From positions 5,132,250 to 5,196,249 of the forward strand of contig JAHRHZ010000073.1 of the NCBI GenBank assembly GCA_024137785.1: a stretch of DNA of 64,000 nucleotides. The letters are read 5' to 3'. Positions 37,325-52,062 of the stretch are shown here, piece by piece (the first letter of the stretch is position 1; every line of letters begins with the position of its first letter). A program made the position numbers and the translations under genes. This stretch comes from Ginglymostoma cirratum (taxonomy: Eukaryota). Below the pieces are notes generated by a model, which did no database searches, had not been told where the DNA came from, and was given only the letters and a program-made list of their open reading frames with translations.

Positions 37325-38475
37325 GCTAAAGGCTTTTGACAAGGTCCCTCATGGTAGGCTCATCTAGAAGATTAAGACCCAAGAGAGCCACGTGGATTCA
37401 GAACTGGCTTGCCAATAGAAGACAGAGGGTAGTGGTGGAAGGGTGTTTTTCAGGCTGGAGGTCCATGACCAGTGGTGTTCTGCGGGGTTCCATACTGGTA
37501 CCCCTGCCGTTTATGATATATAAATGACTTAGAAGAAATATAGATGGGTGGGTTAGTAAGTTTGCAGATGATACAAAAATTGGTAGAGTTGTGGGTAGTG
37601 TAGAATGTTGTCAAAGGACATAACGGGATACAGGTCAGTTGCAGATATGGGCAGAGAAATGGCAGATGGAGTTTAATCCAGGTAAGTGTTAGGTGCTGCA
37701 CTTTGGGAGATCAAATATTAAGGAAAAGTATACAGTTAATGGCAGTACTCTGAACAACATTGAGGTACAGAGGGATCTTGGGGTTCAAGTCCATAGCTCC
37801 CCAAAAGTAGCCACAAAATTAGATAGTGTGATTAAGGCAGTGAATGGCATGCTTGCCTTTATTGGTCGGGGAACTGAGTACAAGGGTCAGGATGTCATGC
37901 TGCAGCTTTATAAGACTTTGGTTAAGTCACATTTAGAGCATTGCTTTCAATTCTGGTCGCCACATTACAGAAGGATGTGGAGGCTTCGGAGAGGGTGCAG
38001 AAGAGGTTTACCAGAACGCTGCCTGCATGAGAAGGTATGAGCTACAAGGAGAGGCAAGAAAAACTCCGGTTGTTTTCTTTGGACTGGCACAGGCTGGGGG
38101 GAGACTTGATAGAAGTTTATAAAATTATGAGGTGCATAGATAGGGCTGGTCAGAATCTTTTCCCCAGAGCTGAAATGTCTAATACTAGGGGGCATGCATT
38201 TAATACGGTTAGCGGGGGAAATTCAAAGGAGAAGTGAGGGGCAAGTTTTTTTTATTACACAGTGGTAGGAGTCTGGAACACACTGCCAGGGGGTGCCATA
38301 GACACAATAAGGGCGTTTAAGGGGCTGTTAGATAAGCTCAAGAATATGCAAGGAATGGAGGGATATGGACAATGGCAGGCAGAAGGCATTAGTTTCAATT
38401 GGTGTCATGTTCAGCACAACACTGTGGGCCGAAGGACCCATTCCCCTGCTGTACAGGTCGAGGTCCAATGTTCTA
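37325..38475 (+). mobile_element. 5'-truncated CR1 LINE (RT to 3' end), decayed
   Basis: KAFDKVPH, WIQNWL..RRQRVVVEG, SKFADDTKI, LYKTLVKSHLEHCFQFWSP and RLGGDLIEVYKIM across frameshifted ORFs. Confidence 0.93.
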
Positions 38476-40429
38476 AAAAACGTTATCCTGAATGCAATTT
38501 TAAAAATTTTGCTCCCTTCCTACCTTGCACAGTACAACTACCCCAGATGCTGTTTGGTTAAGTAAAATCCCTATTATTGCCTTATAGTTCTTATGTTCTT
38601 CTGAAATTTGATAACATATTTAATCCTCTGTTGTTCCCTGATTGTTTGAAGCTCTATACCACACATTGAGCAGCATTTTGTTGTGTTTTGTGTTTTTTTT
38701 TACTTCCAGCCATATTCGAATATTCCACAATTTTGAAGGCCTGCTTCTCAATTTCTAACCTGCCCACCTAAAGTCTGCCTCAGGACCTCATTTCTCTTTC
38801 TTCCTATATCATTGGTCCTGACATGGAGCAGGACCTCTGGTTGATCACCCTCCCCCTTAAAAATGCCCTGAATTCTGTGACATCCTTGACCCTGCCACTT
38901 GGGAGACAACATAGCATCCTTGAGTCATGCCAATGGCCACAAAAGCCCCTGTCTACTCCCCTCATTTACAAATCCAATATCACTCTTGACCCTCCACATC
39001 TCTTCCTCCTGCAGCTGGTGCTTATTACCTTAGCTGTGTCTGTTCTTCACAGAGGAGCCATCATTCTCACTGTTCTACAACACTGAAAAATAATGCAGTT
39101 GGGGGATGCAACAACCTCCCATCCCCTCTCTGTCTGCACTTCTTGAAACCACAGGGAGACCACGTGCTGAACCATGCTGTCCATGAACCTCTCAGCCTCA
39201 TGAATGCACTGTAATGCTCCCAGCTACTGCTGAAGCTCCAAAACCCAGAGATTGCATTGCTCCAACAGGAGGCACCTCCTCACATATGGTCATCCAGACT
39301 GCCTGGAGCGTTGAGGAGATTCTTGATGTCATAAGGGGGGAAAAAATGCTTTTTTGCAACCAGGGGTTTGAACAGTCAGATGTGAATTTCATTCAAACAT
39401 CAAGAGCCCTGTTGGCATGCATTTATATCCAAGTACTAGCTAAGCTTGTTTCATTTATACATATTTTCCTATCCTCTCATGTGGCTGAGAGAAACAGGAT
39501 GGCAACAATTCCCAATATGGAGGTCAGAGCTGATAACTAGTGGCTCCAGCCACTTCCTCCTCTGTGCCTCCACCTTGGACACAGTTCCCAACACTTCTGG
39601 GCATGATCCATGTGCAGCATCTGCCTGCACCCTCAACCCACAGAGGCTGGTGTCAGACACGCACCAACCTCACCACATCCTTGTGGTATACCTCCAAACC
39701 ACTTAGAATACACTTCTCCATTTACGTGCTGTACTTTGGAGTGCACGAACTGTTTTCACTGCCATGAGGCTGCCAGGAAATTTTGCGCACAGGGACAGGC
39801 AACCATCTCATGCATTGCTGCTGGTTGCACCTCAAGGATTTTCGCTTGTTCTGAGTGTTCACAGCACCTTGGCTTTACATTGCCTTTTGCATTTGACACC
39901 CTCAGCCAAAGCCTAAAAGTTCACAGTCTAATTGTCGACCTGCCATTTTTAGTGGAAACGCAAAACTAGGCCTCTTACGACAGTTGTCAGCAATGATCAA
40001 TTAAAAGGGCAGACATGATGCTATACTGGACCATGCCATATGAACGTCACACCCACAGACTAAATGGGTCGATAGGGACAGCCAAGGAACAGGCTAACAT
40101 GGAGGCTCAGTGGAGGGCAGGCTAGACTACCAGGCTCATCCTGCATTGCACACCGCCAAATGCAACTTTTACTGCCTTCCTTCCTCATCTGAATCTCAAA
40201 TGTGCAATGGAAATGGAAAATGGCTGAATCTACATATGCAGTGAGTGGAGTTAAGTGATTTATTTCTGTTTGTGCATGTGGGAGTGAAGAGAGGGCCTTT
40301 AAGGGGCATTGGCCCACACACAGTACACATTGAAGACAGATTAAACATAGTACCCAGCATGTGAAACGGATGCAGTACCCAACTGTGGTCACAAGTAATA
40401 CTGACCACATCACTGGCCATTGCAGTTTT

Positions 40430-40985
40430 TTTTTGACTCGTGAGGCGTGTGTGTTGCTGACTGGGCCAGCATATACTGTCCATCCCTAGTTGCACTTGAA
40501 AGTGTGGTAGTGAGCTGCTTTCTTAAACTGTTGCAGTACTTGTGCCGTCCATGCTGTTGAGACTAAGAGAACTCACTGGCTTGCTAGGCCATTTCAGAAA
40601 GCAGTTCAGACTCAATTTCTGAGGAAGGGTCACCAGACCCAAAACGTTAACTCTGATTTTTTCTTCACAGACGCTGCCAGATCTGCTGAGCTTTTCCAGC
40701 AATTCCTGTTTTTGTTTCAGACTCAACCACATTGCTGTGGCTCTGGAGTCACAGGTAGGCCAGACCAGGTCAGATGGCAGGGTTCTTCCCCTAAAGTGAA
40801 CCAGATGGGCTTTTCCAAAAATTGACAGTGGTTTCATGATCATCATTAGACTCTTAATTCCTGACATTTATCAAATTCAAACTCCACTATCTGCCATGGG
40901 GGATTCAAACCTGTGTCTGCAGAGGATTAACTGAGGTTTTGGATTAATAGTCGAGCAATAATACTATTATGTCAGTATCTCTCCA
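40430..40985 (-). mobile_element. Shark SINE-like repeat carrying a nested mini-element
   Basis: Reverse complement of the 21455-21830 / 48724-48907 family. Confidence 0.65.
40616..40715 (+). mobile_element. Single-arm Penelope-derived mini-element with 11-bp TSD and decayed hammerhead-like core
   Basis: CTGAGGA-A-GGGTC-acca-GACCC-(a)AAACGTT; TSD TTCAGACTCAA at 40605-40615 and 40716-40726. Confidence 0.75.
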
Positions 40986-41644
40986 GTCAGGTCTGTGAAG
41001 CAGAAGTCATCACAAGTGACTTAAAAAGTATTACACACGAGACACAATTTACAAAAAAATCAAAAATCTTACAAGCTGCACAAGGACATGGAGCTGATTT
41101 TACTGTGAACTAGAAGTATTTGACAACATGCTCTCATACATAATGCTGGCTTTTTTGGGTTATATCAGCTGGCAGGGGTACATGTGTATGTGGCATTGGC
41201 AGTGGGCATGTGCATGCATGCACACAAGGTTTCAGTAATCATATGGCACTTACATTCTCCTAACTAGATCTGAATGACCTAGTTTGTGTCGCATACATCA
41301 GAATATTCCATGGTTCCCCCTTTTTTGTAGTTAAATGATGGGAATACTGACTACACACTTCATGAAGGATCTGTTGTGTTTCTGACAGTCCCCACACAGG
41401 CTCAATGGAACCATGACCAGTGGGTTAGTGTCACTGTGGTACAGCAAATGCACAGATGAATTGAGGCAGAACAAATATGTTAGCAAGCCCAAGACTACCA
41501 GCAACGTCCAGCAGCTGTTTGCACAGGCTACACTTAAAGAAGTCACAGCACTAAGTCCTCTCAGGATGTGTGGGAGGTACAAGATTCCAGAGTCTCTTGT
41601 CCTTGATATTATTTCCTCCGGATGTGAAACGCTCATTGCTGCTA

Positions 41645-41945
41645 CAGACTGAGGATGTCCAAGTCTATCAGCACAGAACTATGCCAACTGTTGGAGCAGG
41701 GCTTGCAAACCTAAGGGGTGGGTAGCCATCCTATCCTGATGGCAGTCAAGGGAGCAGTTGCTCTGAAACTTCATGCAAGACTGCTTCCTAAGATCTTCAA
41801 TGCCATGGATGTATCAAGGTTGTCACTAATATAACTTGCGCCAGATCAGACTGCTTCATCTCATCTTCCTGTGGCACAGTCAGTGCTACAGCCCTGGCAG
41901 TAGGCTTTGCAACATAGCTAGTTTCCCCAAGTTGCAGGGCAATAT
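41645..41945 (+). mobile_element. Decayed PIF/Harbinger transposase fragment
   Basis: Manual translation RLRMSKSISTELCQLLEQGLQT*GVGSHPILMAVKGAVALKLHA..CIKVVTN..AVGFAT/ASFPKLQG resembles the HARBI1-family N-terminus (..PVAVKVTVALNFYASG..GFPxVQG). Confidence 0.6.
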
Positions 41946-44139
41946 GCCTCTCACACCTGGAAGGCATGGTATCAAGGATGATAGGGAGGTTCATGAGGCC
42001 CAGGGTCTAAGTCGTGAAGGGACCTTCTGCTGTGACTGACAAATGAAACAGCCCTTTGAAGGGCCTCACATTGCCCACAAACATAGCTCACTTGATGAGG
42101 TTGACAAAAAAAGTATTCCACCAGTCCAGACTGCTGGCAGACATTTTTCTTTGTTTCCACAATGTATTTATGATTTGGATAGGGATAGAATGCAACATAT
42201 ATACTGTTTCCTTGCACTCCTTCTTGATCCCATCAGTTCTGAGCTTCCTCATACTCCCAAGCAATTCTTTCACTTAAGTCTTTGTCTCCCCACATTAGCC
42301 CGAACTCCTGGCCTGCAACGTAGCCGTGTCAACTATCTGATTACACACTGTCCCCCTGTTTAAGCCAGGATTGGTGGTGCCTGTAACCCATGTACTCTAA
42401 TACAGAAAGGAGTTGCCCCCTTCAGAATTATTGTTCCACTTGCTTTCTACCATACTGCCCCTAAGCTCTACAGCTGACTTCCCCAACTTGCCTGCGACAT
42501 CAGTGTGCCTTGATAAGGCCCCTTTCAGTGAACAGATCCCTTGGATTGGTCATGGCCAATCCAACTGACTAACTTGCAACAACAGCCCCAAATGATGGTT
42601 GATCAAACTCCTGACTGATCTTTGTCTCGTTCCCAGATTGAATTACTGCTAATCTCTGGACTGACCGTGGCCACACCTCAAGACTGTAGCGATAGAGAAC
42701 CCCTGACACTGATTGTCCCTAAGCCACTGGACTTATTTCAGACAATGATCCTGACTCATGTCAGTCGCCCTTGACCTGACGGAGGATGACCCTCCTTAGA
42801 CTTTGAGACATTGCCATTTGATAGATGCACAGTGCGTTTGCTGCATAAGCTGCTGACACATATTATAGGTGTAATATTGACACATCATGGTGCCATGTAG
42901 CAACATATCCAGCCCCTTGTCTGGTAAATGCTGGCAAACATGGTACATTTTCTGACCTTGCGTCTGCTAAAAGGCAAGGCAAGACAGAGGTACTAGGGGC
43001 TAAAAGTCTGAAAGGTGCAACAATGTGCAATAACACAAGGCAAGGCAGAGATGCTAAGAGCATCCAAGTAAGTGCAAAGTGAGAAAGTGCTATAAGGACA
43101 AGCTAAAAGCCCTGACATGCACCCTGCTCCAATGCATTTAATGTGTGCCTGTTCTGCACAGAAGTGGTCTAGCAGCATCATTACAATGGAAGATGTTGGT
43201 ATGCTTTAATGTGCAGTTTTGTAGTGATGAATTGTAATAAATAAGAGGTGGAGATATGGCACGATGATGTAGTGAGGCTGCTGTGCGTCTGATGCTACCC
43301 TTAGAGGAGGTGGTGAGATGGTGGGGAACGCAGGACAAGATGGAGGCCCTGACAGATTGGAAAGCTGGAGTTGACAGATAACTGCTCAGATGTCCATTAT
43401 GGGAACTGGCAGCATCTCATTTCTTTCGCGTACCTGATAAATTAGCAAACTGCTTATAAACGAGATGTGATTCGGTAACAAAAACAGGCCTACTGCCACT
43501 TACTGGGAAGATTTACATGTCACTGTTGAAGTCTTCGGTGGAAAACTGGGACTTCTTTCCTTGCAATTGGGAATCTCAATCTTTCCATTTTTGCTATTCT
43601 TCATCAACTGACATGTCATTTGCGCACCTTGATTAGAGGCTAAGATTCCATTCTATGTCACCAAAGTGGAGAAATTAGCAAATTCAGGCACAAATATTGC
43701 AAAGAAAGGTTACAGGCTTTTTTGCAGAATGTTACTTGGCATGAAGCAAACCTCATAACAAACTGTGTTAAATAGGCAGCTGAATAGGTTCTGCAGTGAG
43801 GATAAAAGAAAGGATGGAACATACAGTGATGGGGCCAAGATTAACTAGAGGGGAGTACATTTTAGGCCAAATGTGCTGTTCATGTCCCTAACTTTGCTAT
43901 GTTCTAACCACCAATTCAAACAACTTGGTTTAAAAATATGTGGCAGCTATAAAAAGTTAAAAATATAGTGAGCACACTTTAGGAAAACATTTTTATGTAC
44001 AGGTTGCTAGGGCACTTCAGCTGTAATAGTTTTCATGCCAAATAGCTAACATTCTAAATAAGTGAAATATCAAATTTATTTCCACTGATCTCAAAAGGCA
44101 GTTCTGTGCATAAGAAAACAACAGAATCAGTGGATCACA

Positions 44140-44430
44140 TTATCTCCTTTGACTCAGAAGGTTGTCGGTTTAAGCTGCACTGCAGGACAATACAGTACTG
44201 AAGAACTGTTGGCTTTTGGTGGGATGTTAAACGATGACGCCCTCTACTTGTTCACCATGTAATGACATGAAAAAATGGGAAGCTCGCCCTGTTTTTTGGC
44301 TGCCATCTATCTCTTAATAAAAATCAGCAAAAATAGATGAAGCTGCAGGAGCTTGACCTAAGCAAGTTAACAACCATGACTATCCACAATGATTTAACTG
44401 GGTGTTAAGTACTTTGGGATAAGATGTGGG
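44140..44430 (+). mobile_element. Deu-domain SINE remnant
   Basis: gactcagaaggttgtcggtttaag..gatgttaaacga.. resembles other Deu-SINE copies in the window. Confidence 0.45.
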
Positions 44431-46899
44431 ACTAACTACCATGAATTTACACAGGGCTCCCTAATCTCCCACCACAATGACGATGGAGATCATCACCACC
44501 ACTGCACCCAAAACCCACACAAAAACAGCATCAATCTGCATATTCTGTTTTTCCGGAGTTTCTGTTAATCTCCCACTGGAGAAACATCTCCCAACAGAAA
44601 TACCAGGCATGGGTAAAAGCAAATTCCATCTTCCAGCTAACAATTCTGCAGAAAATAGTTACAAAATCACGTCTGCCACACTCCAGAAAATGCAAGCTGT
44701 TTCTTATTTTATTTTTTCTCCCTTAGTGATTTTCCTTATATTTTTGTAAAGGCTTATGCATCTACAAGCAAATACAGGTAGATTCATTCCAGCTAACAGT
44801 TATCTTCAGCCAAAAAAAAAAAAAATTTGAATATACACACCAGTAAAATTTATGCGTTTTAGTCAAAAAAGGTCTAAGTTATTGAAGATTCTTCCTCTTC
44901 AGTTGTTACTATAATCGCCACTCATTCAGCAAACATATAGGATGATAAACTTTCTATAACCTACAAACTAGAAAACGTCATTAAAAGTTACTACAGAACT
45001 ATTCAACAATCTCTTCCCAAATCTGAGGCAGCCAGAACGCTGAAAAATTTGCTAAGATCTGAAAACACATACAGCACGGGAATTATGGTGCACAATTAAA
45101 CTAGCACTGTTGCTTCTGATACAGGCTGCAGGTAGATTCTGAAAGGATAGCACCAATTAAAGCTTTTTTTTTAAAAAATTAACCTGCAGTAGTTAGAAAA
45201 GAAATTAGTTTTGGCTGGAGCAGGTGCTGAAACTGGTCACCATAAAGGAGGAAGCTTGAAAAACATGGAAGGCTAAAGATGACAGAAACGTTAGTCCAAG
45301 AATTTACAACACCATGTTGAAGACAACAGTGCAGATCTCGGAGAAGAGGAGAGTTATCATCTATTTAAAAGATACCAAGTAGCCCTGCATGCAAACTTTG
45401 CAAACGCAGTAGGACTAGGTGACTATGCCAGTCCATGCCAGGAGTCTAGCCCAAGAACTTTGATGCATACATTAGAAAAATTCACATTTGCAGGCGCAAT
45501 CAAGGTCAGTAAATGGATCATTAAGTGCCATATCCAACCAAACTTCATACCCTGCCTGACGTATCACATCTCTATCACTCAATTACTAAGGAGCATGGTT
45601 AGTCTGCGGACTGCAGCAGTGTGGGATCTCAGCAGAGGGATGAAGGCCTAGTGAGTTCTGACTGACTGTTGTTGGAAGTTAGTTCAAAGTGGAAACTCAA
45701 CTGGTACATCGCTTCTAAGGTCAGTTTGTGGAGGCAAGATCAGATTAGGCAAGTAGTTTGCTTAATTAAAAGGAAGTAGCTGCCTGATTTTGGCTGTTTG
45801 TCTAAATTAGTTGTTGGTTATAGTGTTGTCCATTAGTCAGCTAACCAAGATTGCTGTCAACCAAGTTAAGGTAGCAAAGTCTGAAGCAAGAGGATCTCAA
45901 GGTCAACCAAGAAGACCATCTGCAGTTTCCTCCACTGAAATACTGCAGCCTTTTGACTAGCCATGGGGTAGGAACACTTGGAGAGTTAAAGACACATAGA
46001 AGACAGTCACTCAGGGAATTTTTTAATGGAAATCGGTAGATTAAAGCAGAATAGCATTTGAATTGTGCAATAAAATTTCACTTTTAATGTTTACTGTGTG
46101 GACTTCAGCGCTATTGTGAAGATTACACCATGATGGTCAGCAATAGAAAGTGGTTAGGTGTCAAACTATCAGGAAATGGAGAAATAAAGTTGTATAATCA
46201 TAGGCACTATAGTCAGATGTGCCAGTCAGCCAAAGATACTGGATGTATTTGCTACCTTTTCCCCTTCTTCCTCTTCCTAAGCTGATCAGCACATACATGG
46301 TTACAAGGGCTGGATCTTCATAATGGTGAGGTTCTGCAGAATGAAACCACAACGAATTTTAAAACATTCTCTGGTGAATACTACACAAATCATCCAGAGA
46401 TATCCAGTCAGCAGTGCAAGCTACTAAAATGCTTCTACAACCTCTACAGTAGGCGTCAATTTGCAACTAACCTTAAAAGTAGTTGGTGATGAGGTTAAAT
46501 CATGCTGATGGGGGCTCTTCCCTGCTGCTGAATGCATGCTCAGCTGCGCATGGTTAAAGAGAGCACTTAGATTCGAGCATTCAGGTTGAGGCCAGCACTG
46601 CTGATGTCAAGACAGTATTACATGCTGACTGATGTCGCAATTTTATACACTACACACCTCTGGTGCATGCTAGCCATGACCAGGTGAATACTCCTACAAA
46701 AACTGCATCCAGCACGGTCACGATTGGAAATGTGACAGGGATGCCATTTTGGACCCGAACAGTTGCCAACAGCATCAGATGTGTGCGTTCTAAGAAGCTG
46801 AACTTTCTAACCAAAGGTGTTCTCATCATGAATTGAGGTAATTACTGACTAAAGTCAGTAAGTTAAATTTAAGATTCTCTTTCCTCCATGACAAAGACA

Positions 46900-47370
46900 A
46901 TACAGATTCTAAAGAGGATTGTGGAGATCTGCTTACAAGGACAGGTCCGACAATGTGACCTTTCAGATAGGAGGAAACGTTGGAGAAGTTAGGACTATTT
47001 TCCATGGAATTGAGAAGGTTACAAGGAGACGTGACGTAAGTTTTCAAAATTATGAGGAGTTTAGACAGCATGGATTGGGAGAAACTGATCCCACTTACGA
47101 AAAGATCGAGAACCAGAGCGCACCATTCAGCAAAAGCAGCAAAATGTTAGAAAGAAAAGTTTTGTTGCGCAGCAAGTATTTGGGTATTGAATGCACATTC
47201 TGGAATTGTGGCATAGGCAGGTTCAATTAGGCATTTGAAAAGGCATCAGATGATTTTACAGGGTTACAAGAAAAGGGCAGGAAATTGGCACTGTTAAAAT
47301 GCTGAGAGAACTGTAACACACATGCTGGTTGAATGGCCTTGTGCATCTTAATTTTGTGGTTACGTAATTC
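46900..47370 (+). mobile_element. Old CR1 3' end
   Basis: gagaaggttacaaggagac..ttttcaaaattatgagg..ggcaggttcaatt, similar to 34380-34717. Confidence 0.6.
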
Positions 47371-48723
47371 TCTCCCCAAAATAATGCTGCATTAATTGAA
47401 ATTGTGAAGACTAAGATCAATGTGTTTTTTTTTTCTTTCGGCCAGTTTATGGAGGAAATGGATCAGAGGCAAATAAATGGAACTAAGGTACAAAACAGAC
47501 CGTGACAAAAGAGGCTCATAGAGCTAATTATTCTGTTCGCTATGAATCAACTCAATTCTTTCTTTAGGGTCAAGTTCTTGAATAACATGGTGAATCCAGT
47601 ATAGAGACAAACAGTTATGTGACAGAATTGGATCAGAGAGAAAATACATTGCAATAGTCAGCATCAGAATAAATACTGCTTCAATTTTAGTTTAAAAAGC
47701 TGAACTAATTTAAGATTGTCCAATGAGGAACAATGCCCCTAGAAACACAGAAACATTCTCTAAGTTTTAGGCGTAAAATGTTCATTTTTATAAGTTTCAC
47801 TTATTTTAAACAAGGGCACCACCAAGTGTTATCCTTCTTATATTACAGGAGTTAAATTCAGCAACCTTCATTTTTGGAATATTCAGTCACAAAGTCTGGA
47901 ACATAATAATTGTAGGGTAGTGAAATATTCTGAACATAAGATGTCATGAAATCAAATGACCATAAAAACAGCCACAAAATATTAATAGAAAAAATACAAA
48001 CATTTCTTTATTTAAAACATGAACAAGAATACCAACAATTACATGTTTAATTAAATAATATACACATACACATGAACTTGAGAGGTTTTGAACTAAATTA
48101 CATCTGCAAAATGTGACTGAGTGAAGAAATTACATTCTGAATGAGATGCACAGTATAATTTTTGCAAACACTACATTGTGTTTGTTTGATGAACAAGTAC
48201 ATCAATTATTTGTTTTTATCCTTTTTTATGTATTTACTGACTCAGAATTACCCTTAGGCACCATTTTAGCATCAAGTTAAATTACATTTCATAAATACTT
48301 CACTAATTCCCTAAAATGCTGCTCATACATAAGGCAACACTGAAAATCCAATCAATTTGTCTCATTATTCTCTTACTCCTTCCTCTTAAGATTTGGTGTT
48401 ATTACTTGAAGTACTTCCAACAAAAACAATTTCACCCCTCTTCCTGTACTGAAATAGAAACACGGTGCATTCAAAAGGTATAATGTTAGTCAACCTATAA
48501 AAAGCAAGAGGAGGAATGACTTGCATTTAATGTAGTGATTTTCTTGACAATCAGATCTCAAAGTGCTTTACATCCAAGGAAGTATGTTCAACTGTAGCCA
48601 CATTTGTGTAGGAATTGAAATATGTGAATAAAGGATGATGCAACACATTAGTACAATACAAAGTGTAGCAATATTATCCACTCACAAATAATTATACTAC
48701 AGCCATATACCATAACAGCCACA

Positions 48724-48907
48724 ATGTCCTCTAGGGAAGGAAATCTGCTATCCTTACCTAGTCTAGCCTTCATGTGACTCCAGATCTGCAGCAACATTTT
48801 TAACTCTTAACTGCCCTCTGAACTGATCCTAGCAAGCCAGTCAGTTCAAGTGCAGTTAGGGATGGGCAAAAAATGCTGGCCTTGTCGTGATGCCCACATC
48901 CCATGAA
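48724..48907 (+). mobile_element. Shark SINE-like 3' fragment
   Basis: Same family as 21455-21830. Confidence 0.65.
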
Positions 48908-49402
48908 AAAAATACAATTTCAATATAAAAATATACCACAAATGATGAGAGAGAGAGAGATCCAGGAATTAATTTTCTGATTAGTATATTTGTGGGTTTT
49001 GTCAACTATATTGAAATAAACGTTACGTACTCCAAATTTCATGTTTCAAATATGTCATACTCATTCAGCCAATCTAGAATTGCACAGTCCATTATATTGT
49101 GTTTACAATTCAAGTTTGTTTCCATATTGGCTAAAATACAAGTAATATAGATATGAAAATCAAAATAATTGCAGCATTATTGCAGTGGGTAGCTTTCTTG
49201 TAAATCTAACCTAAAGAAACATCAAATGTGAAAAACATTCCTACGTTTAAGGTTTAAAGAACCTTCAGAGTTATTTTTCATCCATTTACTAACTGCAGTT
49301 ACTTCATATTTATACTGAAAAAGCAAACCAAAAGTTCAAAAATAATGTTTTGTATTCCTAATCAGAAAAGAAGATTTCAACTTTTGCCTCCTTTGTTCTT
49401 TC

Positions 49403-49630
49403 ATAGAATCATATAGCATGCAAATAGACCCTTTGGACCAACTCATCCACACCTACCAAACATCCCAATCTGACCTAGTACCATTTGCAAGCATTTGGTC
49501 CATACCCCTTTAAAACCTTCCTATTCATGTACCCATCCAGTTGCCTTTTAAATGTTGCATTTGTTCCAGCCTCCACTAATTCCTCTGGCAGGTCATTCCA
49601 TACACACAGTCCCCTCTGCATGAATAAGTT
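49403..49630 (-). mobile_element. CR1 3' end
   Basis: Similar to 5080-5310 (aaaccttcctattcatgt..tgccttttaaatgttg). Confidence 0.75.
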
Positions 49631-51250
49631 TTAGATTTTTAAGATTATTGGTTCTGTTTTCACAACACTTCTTGTAGCTTTAAAGTTATAGTAGAAATCA
49701 ATTATTCAGCGTGTTTATTCAGTATAGATATGAAAAGGGAAAAAGGAACAATAAAGGTCCTTATCAGACTTTGTTAGCAAAACTCAAGTTAAATTTGTAC
49801 TGGTGTATCACAGTGATGCAATTGGTATCTGCTTACTTGAGACAAGGGGAAAACACATTCGAGTTACCCCTCTGGTTTGCATCTAGAAAAGCTTGCGCTT
49901 GTTGGAGTGTACAAGTCTAGGTGTGGAGATCAAGTGTTATAAACATATCACATTGTCCACAGCTTTACTGAAACTCGAGGGTCAAACTTTTCAGGTGTTA
50001 TTTGCATTGTGATATTTTGTTGAACAATGCACATTCAAGAAGGTGGGCCTTTCATTTTCAAGGGCAATTAGGCAAGCTATTAGAGGCATTCAACACTGGG
50101 GAAGCAAGTGCCCACTTAAGCAAAATAGATGCATGTGGATTGTAGGGTGGGAAGAACTAACTGGGGAAAGGGAAGCTTTTCATTGTTTATAATTGGTCAA
50201 AAGTGTTAAAGAAAGCATAAGTGGTTGCTGGATAATTCATTAGTGAGTTCCTCCAAGAAGAGAGCATGAGGAATACTGAACATACTTTCTGCATGTCACA
50301 TGAATTACACAGAATTACACCAGAAAACTCAGTGACTATGCTTCAATCAATCTTCTTCATCAAATTCCATTAAATATCTTCATGCAGCCCCTTCCGAATA
50401 TCTTTCTTTTCCTTTCTCCTTAATCTGCTTTATCCAGCTTCAGCTTAAATGGATCTATCTTATTTGCCTCAAATATACACTGTGGTAGCAAGTCCCACAT
50501 TCTAACCACTCTATGTAAAGAAGTTTCCCCCAATTTCCTGTTCTATTTCTTAGTGGTTGTCTTATACTTTTGGCTCTTCTTCCTTGTCTCTCCTTTAAGT
50601 TGAAACATTTTACATTGACCTATTACCTAATTGAATAATCTTAAAAATCTCTCAGTTCTGATACCATCCTTGTCAATCTTTTTGCCACCTTCTCCAGTGC
50701 CTCCATATTTCTTTAATAAATGGGGCAGAGCTGTCCAATAGTTGTATGAGATGATAATTTTATCTGTTTTAGAAGATAAATTAATTTTGTTACTTTTCAA
50801 TTCTATCCCTCCAGAAATGAAGCAGAGATATTTATTTGCATTATTTATGGTCTTATTAAATTACTCAACTTCTTTAAGTATCCTCTGTAGAAACTGTATC
50901 CCTTGATCCCGTAGCTCCTCTACCTCATTTTGACTTCATTTCCAAAGCAATATGTAGTTTCCAAAACACACACACACAGTTATTCATATTGAAATTATTT
51001 TCACCAACATAAAGCAATTTATCTGAAAATCATTATAAATGTTTAAGCTGGTAGAAAATAAACAACCTTTACTTCCTACATATATAAAACTGAAGAAATA
51101 AAGTGCTGTTTGAAAATCTTAATAGCTTTATCACATCATCTGTGATTTGAATTAAATACATTTTTGCAACTTTAGTTTATGGTAGCATTGAAGAAAAACA
51201 TTGTTTTTTAATAAAAAAATCAATCAGGATTTGCTTTGGAAGCTCCGTTC

Positions 51251-51450
51251 CACATTTGGTTTTGCAACTGTCTGCATGAGGTGGAGACCAATGCCAAAGA
51301 AGGCAAAACAGCTCAAACCACAAGAAATCCACTAACCTGATTTAACTTTTCCATGTTAAAAAAAATATATTCCATAATTAGCACTTTCACTTTTAAAGGG
51401 AGGAGTTGTCAAATTCAGCGATATGTCAAGAACTGTCTACTATATAAATA
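51251..51450 (+). promoter_or_regulatory. Proximal promoter of col10a1 paralog B
   Basis: cacatttggttttg..aactgtctgcatg block; CCAAT 51288-51292; RUNX AACCACA 51316-51322 (second site degenerate, AATCCAC 51326-51332); TTTAAAGGGAGGAGTT 51392-51407; TATATAAATA 51441-51450. Confidence 0.8.
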
Positions 51451-51469
51451 GAGCAACATGCATCGTTTT

Positions 51470-51554
51470 GGAATCATTGCTCCAGTTGACACTCCACAAA
51501 TTCAGAGGATAATCCATTTGGGTACTACATTGACTGTGGAGGCAAATTATGCTG
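51470..51554 (+). other. col10a1: col10a1-B exon 1 (5' UTR; TSS approximate)
   Basis: Donor CTG|GTAGGT at 51555; homologous to A exon 1. Confidence 0.7.
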
Positions 51555-51950
51555 GTAGGTTTGAGCTTCTATTTATAATCAATTTCTTAACGTACTTCCA
51601 AGATTCACAAGCAGTGAGGATTCATTCTGTTCATGCTGTATGCTGTCTACTCTATTTTAACTATTTTCTAGCAAATTTTGTCATCTGTTTTAGCTTCATA
51701 ATCTGCAAACTTTATAAAATGATTTGTTACAATATTAAGGAAAAATTTGGTGTCTAAATTTAATTATCATTAATTATGAAAGCTTCTCTGGTAACATCTG
51801 TTACCAGAAAGTGAAGAAACAATTTAAAATTTACAATAATCTTAATTTGATAATATTTACAAATAGTTCTATTGACTTCAAAAGAATATCTTCCTACCAA
51901 TGTTTCTACTAGTTCCTATTGATCCTTTTTTATAGATTTGAACATCAAAG

Positions 51951-52062
51951 ATGGATTCCAAACAAATCTGTGCTGTTCTGCTGTTACTATCTGTGACTCT
52001 GGTCCATGGAACAGGATATAATAGATATGCCTTCGTAAGGAAAAATGTAAAAAGCCACGGAG
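51951..52062 (+). CDS. col10a1: col10a1-B coding exon (exon 2: signal peptide + NC2), MDSKQICAVLLLLSVTLVHGTGYNRYAFVRKNVKSHG
   Basis: Acceptor ttttttatag|51936, 15 nt UTR, ATG in strong context (aagATGg); LLLLSVTLVHG vs human LLLVSLNLVHG; phase-1 donor G|GTAAAT at 52063. Confidence 0.9.

Noticed and set aside
38820-43340. Cluster of 60-119 aa ORFs between the two genes
   Set aside because: No coherent protein or splice pattern; consistent with decayed Harbinger-type and SINE sequence.
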